Shown one piece after another: positions 55,647-64,000 of a stretch of 64,000 bases of DNA. The DNA lies in NCBI GenBank assembly GCA_951406725.2, contig OX597816.1, positions 115,382,001-115,446,000 of the forward strand, given 5' to 3'. The translations under genes and the position numbers were made by a program. The notes below the pieces were generated by a model. It was not told the origin of the DNA. It saw only the letters and a program-made list of their open reading frames with translations, and searched no databases. The stretch is from Octopus vulgaris (lineage: Eukaryota). The first letter of the stretch is position 1. Each line of letters starts with the position of its first letter.

Positions 55647-55845
55647 TATCACACCCTTCTCTATCACTAGTTGTTCACATCAATCACGCTACCTCCCATC
55701 ATTCCCAATTCCATTCCTCTCTTCATCATCATTCTATTCCCTTCCACCACCCTCTCCCTCATGTCTCTCTTCTAGTCCTGCCTGCCTGTTTGTTTGTCTG
55801 CCTGTCTACATCACTCTATCTCACTGTTTGTCTGTCTGTCTGTAT

Positions 55846-56270
55846 CTTATTTCTTATTTCTTTACTGTCCACAAGGGGCTAAACACAGAAAGGACAACCA
55901 AGGACAGACAAACGGATTAAGTCGATTATATAGACCCTAGTACTCAACTGGTACTTAATTTATCGACTCCGAAAGGATGAAAGGCAAAGTCGACCTCGGC
56001 GGAATTTGAACTCAGAACGTGACAGCAGACGAAATACCTATTTCTTTACTACCCGCAAGGGGCTAAACACAGAGGGGATAAACAAGGACAGACAAACGAA
56101 TTAAGTCAATTACATCGACCCAGTGCGTAACTGGTACTTATTTAATCGACCCCGAAAGGATGAAAGGCAAAGTCGATCTCGGTGGAATTTGAACTCAGAA
56201 CATCACGGCAGACGAAATACGGCTACGCATTTCGCCCGGCGTGCTAACGTTTCTGCCAGCTCGCCGCCTT
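55846..56270 (-). mobile_element. SINE family B with third tail type and an internal tandem duplication of about 180 bp
   Basis: 55855-56036 is repeated at about 56040-56220; head GGCGGCGAGCTGGCAGAAACG at 56268. Confidence 0.9.
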
Positions 56271-56604
56271 TCTGTCTCTTCTATTCACTTTCTTGGTCAT
56301 ACTGCGCTGATCATCAGTGAAAAATTAGAGTAAAGATAAAACGTTAGTCTTGTCGAGGACAAGACAAACTCTCAAGAGTTGGTGCCATGATAAATGCACT
56401 TAACACGTGATAAGCCAAAGGAGACAATATTTGTTAGAGATGACTTTTTAGTTTGCTGTCAGGACAAGCTAAACCGTGTTTGGCTTGTCACGATAAAATG
56501 CAGACACTATAGCCTATAAAGTGGGTAGTGTTAGTGAGGCCGGCAACCGTAGAAACCATGTCAATAGAAAATGTGAGAGTGGGATATAGTCACCAACCCA
56601 CCTC

Positions 56605-57005
56605 AGAGTGCAGTGCGGTAAGAAGCTTCCTTCCCAACCACATGGTTCCGGGTTCAGTCCCACTGCGTTGCAGCTTGGGAAAGTGTCTTCTACTATAGCC
56701 TTGGACCGCCCAAAGTCTTGTGAGTGGATTTGGTTGATGGAAACTGAAAGAAGCTCGTTGTATATGTGTGTGTATTTATTTGTGTGTGTGTGCGTGCGTG
56801 TGTGTGTGTGTGTGTGTGTGAGTTTGTCCCCCTATCATCGCTTGACAACCGATGTTGGTGTGTTTACGTCCGTATCTTAGCAGTTCAGCAAAATATACCG
56901 ATAGAATTAGTACTAGGCTTACAAAAGAGTAAGTCCTGGTGTCGATTTCTCCGACTAAAGATGGTGCTCCAGCATGGTCGCACTCAGATGACCGAAACAA
57001 ATAAA
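56605..57005 (+). mobile_element. SINE family A
   Basis: Colinear with 22687-23108. Confidence 0.88.
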
Positions 57006-57183
57006 AATTTTAATATTTAGAAATAAAAGAAAAATAACTGACTCAGACTACGACGACCCGTCCAATCCAAAAATCGTGAAGGTATGATGATGGCGATAAT
57101 GATGATGAGGAGGAGGATGGTTATGTAGGGGTGGATGTGTACATGAACTCATGTGTACATGAATGTGACACATTTTCTCTCTC

Positions 57184-57216
<33 letters not shown>

Positions 57217-58941
57217 TATATGCTCATACAAACACATATACACTTTAGATAGGAATAATTAGATTCAGTTTTTCTAATCTGAGGAACCAACAGCACGTTG
57301 GGAAAACTCCAGAATAACAAGGCAACTGTTACTGTTCAATGCTGAGCACCTTTTCTCCTGTTCGTTAAAACTAACACGTGTACGTGCTGGTATGTACGTA
57401 TATATGGAGAGAAAGAAAGAAAGAGAGATATCTTACAAGTACACATACACATACTCACATAGAGAGAGATTTCAATCCATGTTGAATTGGATGTCTCTAT
57501 GTTTTATGAATTAAATGTTAATTATTCTAAATGAGCTCTGTTTTATTTTGACCTCATTAATCACTAATTAACAAGTTATATTCTTCAATAAACATAAACG
57601 GTAATACCATAAAAATTGTATTATTATGTTAATTTCTTGTTTTTAATATTCTCATATGACAACGCTGTTCTTTTAAAGGAGACAATCTTTAATAACGTTT
57701 GCTGTTGCGTCTGTAAAGCACATGCCACCGATAACCATGATTAAACAGATTTATCCCCATTTAAATATAAGTCAATAATGGATTGTTTTGATACACTATA
57801 TTCCCGTCATAACGTCGTAAAAATTAGCATCTTCGAGAAGGAGAAATAATTCGTTTTTAGGGACGGTGAATCTCGAAGTAAATAAAGCTATCAATAATAG
57901 CGGGTTAAAAGCCTCTTGGACAAAAGGGTCGAAGGTTGCTTGTGGGACAATGTTAGAACGTCTGTTGTGTTTACAGGAGATGTAGGTTCAGTCCCACTTG
58001 CAACCATTGACATTTTCCAGCCAAAAAGTTTAAAACCCAATATTTTACATGCTATTATTTATAGCTCTATTTGCTTCGAGGTACATTTATTTTCATTTAC
58101 TGAGACACTTTTGGGATCTTTGTGGTCTGAGTCACTGCATGTCGAAATCTTAAAAAAAAAGTTTTTAATGTAACATATAGATGTAATTTGTGACGTTGAA
58201 TACTTATTTGTTATTCTTTTATTCCAGAAAAAACTTTTGCGAAAATCTTACAGGTGTTCGAAGTTCGATCGTCTTCAAAATTTTCAGCCAATCAGAAAAC
58301 AGCGCGCTCGCTGCCTCTTCCATCATGTCCCAGTAGCGAGAAGGGGGGGGGGGCTGTCAATTATGGAACAAGTGTGGGTTACACTTTTTGGTTACTATGG
58401 AAACATTTGTTTTTTGCTTACAATGCTAACAGAAATTCACGGTGAGGTGTAAAATACTCGCTTCTGATTGGCTAAAATACCCAACTCTTTCAAATTTTCA
58501 AGAGCAATAAGTTTTTAATTATTAGTTTATAGGAAAAATGATTTTCATTTTCATAATTAGTATACAAAACTTAATCGATATACCAAATTTGAAAACAACT
58601 GAAACGAAACTGGAGATAGTGATTCAAGCCACAAAGATCCCGCTTTCGTCTACAGAAAAGAGTTAGGAAACGTAAAATTTCTTGGTTTGGTTTAGTGGTT
58701 GGTTGAAAAGTAATCGACTGATTGGAGACAGAAATAAGATGCTCCGAAAAAGAAAGCGACATTTAAGTAGTAAGATAAAAAAACAAACTCTACTAAATGA
58801 CAGAGAAGTCTCAAAAGTGAGTGGAAATACGTGATTAATTCTGATCTCCTGTGTGTGCATGTGTACGTGGTACGTGTGTGTATGTATGTGTGTGTGTGCA
58901 CCTGCATGTACGTGTGTCTATGTGTATGTATGTACGTACGT

Positions 58942-59265
58942 GTGAATGCGCGTGGCTTAGTGGTTAGGGTGTTCGGCTTATGATCGTAAGACCGAGAGTT
59001 CGATTCTTGGCGGCGCGTTGTATCCTTGAGCAAGACTCTTTATTTCCCGTTGCTCCGGTCCACTCAGCTGGCAAAAATTATTTGTACCAGTAATTCAAAG
59101 GGTGATCCTTGTCCCGTTTTGTGTAATGCTGAATCTCCCTGATAGCTACGTCAAGGGTACTCGTGTCTGTGGAGTGCTCAGCCACTTGCACGTTAATTTC
59201 CCGAGCAGGCTGTTCTGTTGATCGGATCAACTAGAATCCTCGTTGTCGTGCTTGACGGAGTACCA
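58942..59265 (+). mobile_element. SINE family C, CpG-retaining copy
   Basis: GCGCGTGGCTTAGTGGTTAGGGTGTTCGGC..GAGTTCGATTC head; colinear with 8618-8940. Confidence 0.9.
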
Positions 59266-59302
59266 GTATGCACGTAAATGTATGTATGTGTGTATGTATG
59301 TA

Positions 59303-59500
59303 TGGGGAATTCACACAAAAAACAACAACAAAAGACGAAGACAGGTGGTGTAGACAACAAACAGATGTATTAGTATAACACTCGGGAAGTGAAAAAAGTC
59401 TTTAACGTTTCGAGCCTACGCTCTTCCACAGAAAGGAAGCCAGAAAGAAACAAGGAGAGAAAATAAAGAATGTGTAGTGGCTAGTGATCTATCATGGCGA
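59303..59500 (-). mobile_element. Penelope-like terminal remnant with a hammerhead-like motif
   Basis: Minus strand CTGTGGA-AGAGC-GTAG-GCTC-GAAACGTTA at 59431-59403. Confidence 0.5.
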
Positions 59501-60385
59501 ATGGATGCATGCATGAATTGATTGATGTATGTGTGCGTGTATGTGTGTATTTATGCTCGTATATGAAAATTCGAGGAAGCGTAGTATCAATGCGTACAAA
59601 TGAAAATGCTAGTGACTAACCGACACAGATAGAAGCGTATCTTTGGTGATAGAGCCCAACGATGCCGCAAAGCATTCTAGATCCAAAATGATTTCCACTG
59701 CTGGAGAGTTTGCGTATATCTCCCTTATGTCCTGTATCAGGAATTTGCTTTTGTGGTGTATATTTTTCCCGTTGTATAAATTGAATGTCATTTTTCACTC
59801 GTTCTACTCACTGCACAGTGGCCATGCTGGGGCACCGAATTGAGAGGTTTGGTCAATCAAATTGACCCAGTACTTTTTTTAAAAAAAGTTTTATACATAT
59901 GCCATCTGTCTTTCTTGCCAAACTGCAAAATTACAGTGACTTAAACAAAATAATACCCGGGTGTTGAGCGGATGGTGGTCAAAGACAAAGACAAAGACAG
60001 GCATACACACACATAAATATTTATGCACGATAGGCTTCAACACAGTTTTCATCGACCAAAGCTCTGAAGTATGTGTGTATCTTGTTACTGAGTCAACATG
60101 TAAACCAACTCCAAGTGACTTTCTCGCTCAGATTGCACTGCAAAAATTTTTGTGTCTTCTTTTTCTCAATTTCTTTCACCTTTCCTTCTCTCTTGTCACT
60201 CTAAACCCTACTCCCTTCAAGAAAGTGCCTCAAAAGTCCTAATCATTAACACTTTTAATTTCTCTGAACGCTCAGCTAAAAAGTTTGAACACGAACTTTT
60301 ATTGATTTTGAATTTGTTTTAGTTTCTTCTCACAGACGCACATGCGCATTAACACTTACGCATACATAATCATATATATATATAT

Positions 60386-60433
<48 letters not shown>

Positions 60434-60435
<2 letters not shown>

Positions 60436-60838
60436 TCTTTACTCTTTTTTACTCTTTTACTTGTTTCAGTCATTTGACTGCGGCCATGCTGGAGCACCAC
60501 CTTTAATCGAGCAACTCGACCCCGGGACTTATTCTTTTTGTAAGCCCAGTACTTATTCTATCGGTCTCTTTTGCCGAACCGCTAAGTAACAGGGACATAA
60601 ACACACCAGCATCGGTTGTCAAACAATGCTAGGAGGACAAACACAAACACACACACATATATATATACATACATACGACGGGCTTCTTTCAGTTTCCGTC
60701 AACCAAATCCACTCACAAGGCATTGGTCGGCCCGAGGCTATAGTAGAAGACACTTGCCCAAGGTGCCACGCAGTGGGACTGAACCCGGAACCATGTGGTT
60801 GGTAGACAAGCTACTTACCACACAGCCACTCCTGCGCT
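60434..60838 (-). mobile_element. SINE family A, full length
   Basis: Reverse complement of 22687-23108; an older copy lies at about 59800-60060. Confidence 0.9.
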
Positions 60839-61323
60839 ATATATATATATATGTACATATATATATATGCATATATACATACGTATGAGTACATACTTAC
60901 ATCTATACGCATATATATATATGCATATGTGGGTAATGGACGTCATGAAAGGTATACAAAAAAAAAAAGAAGCACGAGTACATGGTGCATGAACTCTTCT
61001 TTGGAACAACGAAAGACCCAAATGGAAAACAAAACAAATAACATAAAGAAAAACTCTTCATCAGTTGTTGGCTGTTTTCTAGTCTCGTATTTCGAGGAGA
61101 CTAGAAAAACACTAGAGATGCAGCACGGAATTTCGTCAGTGAACAGGTCGTGGTCTCAAAGCGACGAAAATATTTTGAAAAATTAAATTTAAATGTTGAA
61201 GTGAATCTAACTGTTTTTTGTATGTTTCTTAAATGACTTATAAACACCTTCCATGCTGCAATTGTTTTCGTTCCAGCACATGATCTCAGATCAGGTCATT
61301 TGCTATGTAAGTACATCTCCGTA

Positions 61324-61451
<128 letters not shown>

Positions 61452-61773
61452 CTGTGTGGTTTTGAAATGTACTTCTTAACCACACGGCCATGCATGTACA
61501 TAGGCAAATATATGCAGAATGGAAATGGGGGTGGAAGAAAAGGTGTGATAAAGATTGATAGGGAAAGAGAGAGAGGAAGGGAAGGGGAGAGAGAGAGATT
61601 AGTGACAATTTCTGTGGATGATATGTTAAGTATGATCATGCTTTGTAAGTAGATGAAGCATTTAGTGCATAAAGTAGGACTTAGACATGATATGAAATAG
61701 ATAGAATCTATAGAAACCTCTATGTGAATATGACAATTGATAGAACATAAGTTTACTTTCCAACAGATAAGCA

Positions 61774-61811
<38 letters not shown>

Positions 61812-63022
61812 GTACAATGTTTGGATATTTTTTTCTCCTTGTTGGGACTTTTTTCACTGATACTGAATAAAGCTATAAAAGATGTGACAAACATATATTA
61901 CTAAACTAATGACTCAACTAGTAGGCGTCTGACTCGAGGCTTACACTGTCAGAGTTGCCATGAGCAATGATTAATTCAGAGATATATAAATGAGAAACTT
62001 CAGAAAGAAAATGAAGAATAATAGAAATCTATAAATGAAATCATGTGACATGAAGAAAGAAAAAAAGAAGGCTTTCTCTAGCATATTTATTTATTTTTTT
62101 TTTGTCAGTAAAATTTTAACCCAAATTTTGAGTAAGTAAATTAAAATGAATCTTATATCGAAAGTGAGAGTATTTATTTCATTGTACAAGAAAAATTGTT
62201 CTTAATACATTCTTCTCTGATCTCTTTTTACCCAGCATGCTTAGCAACATGACATCATAACATACATCAGAAATGTCAGCTGCTAGTTCAGTTCAAAATT
62301 TTTTTAATTCTTTTTGTATGTGTGTGATTTTTCTGTTTACTTTTTTCTTTTTATTTAAAATTTTTTTTTAACAAAATCCACTTCATATTCTCTGAAGATA
62401 CTTCTAAAGTGTAAAACTTCTTTTTCCTTCATTTTTTATTAAAACCTGCCAAAAAATCTCAAATTTTTTTTTTTTGGTTTTTGAAATTTTTTTTTCCTCT
62501 TTACAAGTCTCAAAGGAATTTTAAGTCTCTTTTTCCCCCTATAGGTTTATCCAAAGCAGAATGTAGAGAACTCTCCAGTCGCTTCTCTATCTATCACCTT
62601 ACAAACGTGCTTCTCCCCAGCATGTTTAGCAATAGCGTCATGACACATATGTGGAAGTGGGTGTCAGCTGCCATTTTAGGTCCAAAATGTGTCTTGAAAG
62701 AATGTTTTGGTTTAACTTCATTATTTTTTTCCTAAAAAATGTCTCTCAGTGTCTAAGAAGAAGAAAAGACATTAAACATCTTTAATAAGGTAAACATTTT
62801 TTTTTTCAGTTGACACAAATTTTAACCATGACTTTTTAACATATATTTTTAGCATAAAACTTAAATCTAGTTCTTTTCATTATTACCATCGGTTGAATAG
62901 ATTTGCTAATTCATGCATTTTTGTAATTGCTCGAGGTTTCTTAATGAATAGATTAGTTAAGGTTTTGTGTATATTTCAAAATTTTAGGTTTTGGTTTTAT
63001 TTCTAACCTCTCTCCTTATCTT

Positions 63023-63055
<33 letters not shown>

Positions 63056-64000
63056 AACACATACACACATAAAGAGAAGGGGCTGAGCTATCAACTGATC
63101 ACCACCCAGTTGTCTGCAACCTGAGAGTATCTACAGCAGGGAGAATTCACAAAGTCCAGGGTGAGGTTCTGGTGGCTGATGGGATCAGAAACAGCACTAG
63201 CAACATGTACATGAATGAATATCTACAGACTTAGTACTAGTTAGAAAGCAGACAGACGTACCCCAGCAAGGAATTGATATATAGACAGAACACAAAGTTC
63301 CCCCCTCTCTCTCTCACACTTTTTCTCACTCATTCTCTCTCTCACTCTCTCAGAAAATGCATTCAAAGCATGTAATTGATAGAGACACTCTATTTTTCTT
63401 TCAGTTAGTATAATACATATTTCAGTTGAACGAGATACTTATCTACTGTATTTCTGTTCTTCCTGGTTACTGACTATATTTCTGATTTAACTTTTTTTTA
63501 ATATCTGTAACATTTTCTATTTATACATGTATTTTAAGGAACATCTATTTTACAAACACAGGAATTACACCAATTGCTTTCAAAATGCGTTTGTACACAC
63601 AAAGCCACCGTGAAAAAATTTATTTTAACTCAAATCTTTCTTTATGTTGTAACTGAAATTTGTTGTTTTCTCTCAGTGAATTATTGTCTTTCAAGCCTTA
63701 AGTCAATGAACACTTGGAAGTAAACATATGCTGTTTAACTACATTGATTTAGTGCAACACTTAGGCTTGCAGCAGGAATATTCAGCAATCATTCGATATC
63801 ACGATTCACTAGAATATTGCCCATGTGATCAACAAAATTTAACCATTCTTGACTTCACGTCAAATAGGCTCCAGCAACGTGCCTTTCTTCTGGCTCACTT
63901 CCTTCTGAGCCTATTGACCAGTGTAAAAGTTGACTCACTGTCACAACTAGACAGAGAGCTTTGGAATGCAGCAGAGAGGTAATTGACAGATATTGTCGGA

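Noticed and set aside
61055-61112. GAAA...CTGATGA arrangement with a 12-bp hairpin, possible type II hammerhead
   Set aside because: I could not build stems I and III or a cleavage triplet; it is probably a decayed repeat end.
63728-63982. 84-aa ORF ending at a donor-like AG|GTAATT
   Set aside because: No recognisable domain or clear acceptor; it cannot be supported without transcript or homology data.

Overview
AT-rich, repeat-saturated eukaryotic DNA with no recognisable host gene; it reads as a large intron or intergenic interval. The tRNA-derived SINE families, mariner relics and (TA)n/(TATG)n/(ATT)n/(CAT)n tracts resemble those I recognise from octopus (coleoid cephalopod) genomes, but this is recognition, not a database result. 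Nearly all listed ORFs are microsatellite translations. Real coding signal is transposon-derived. It comprises a young R4/Dong-type non-LTR retrotransposon with an apparently open RT frame running off the left edge, CR1 and RTE fragments, REL-endonuclease 3' ends, an ORF1-only LINE-like element and several mariner/maT relics. The most interesting observations are: (1) minimal hammerhead-ribozyme motifs of the Penelope type; (2) a 7-copy minisatellite built from the 5' junction of the Dong element plus pieces of its TAA target; (3) one SINE head carrying three different 3' tails, one of which matches the 3' end of the ORF1-only element; (4) a 538-bp element with perfect 45-bp inverted ends enclosing a hammerhead-like core; (5) a CpG-retaining domain with X-box and CCAAT motifs. 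Repeat boundaries are approximate.
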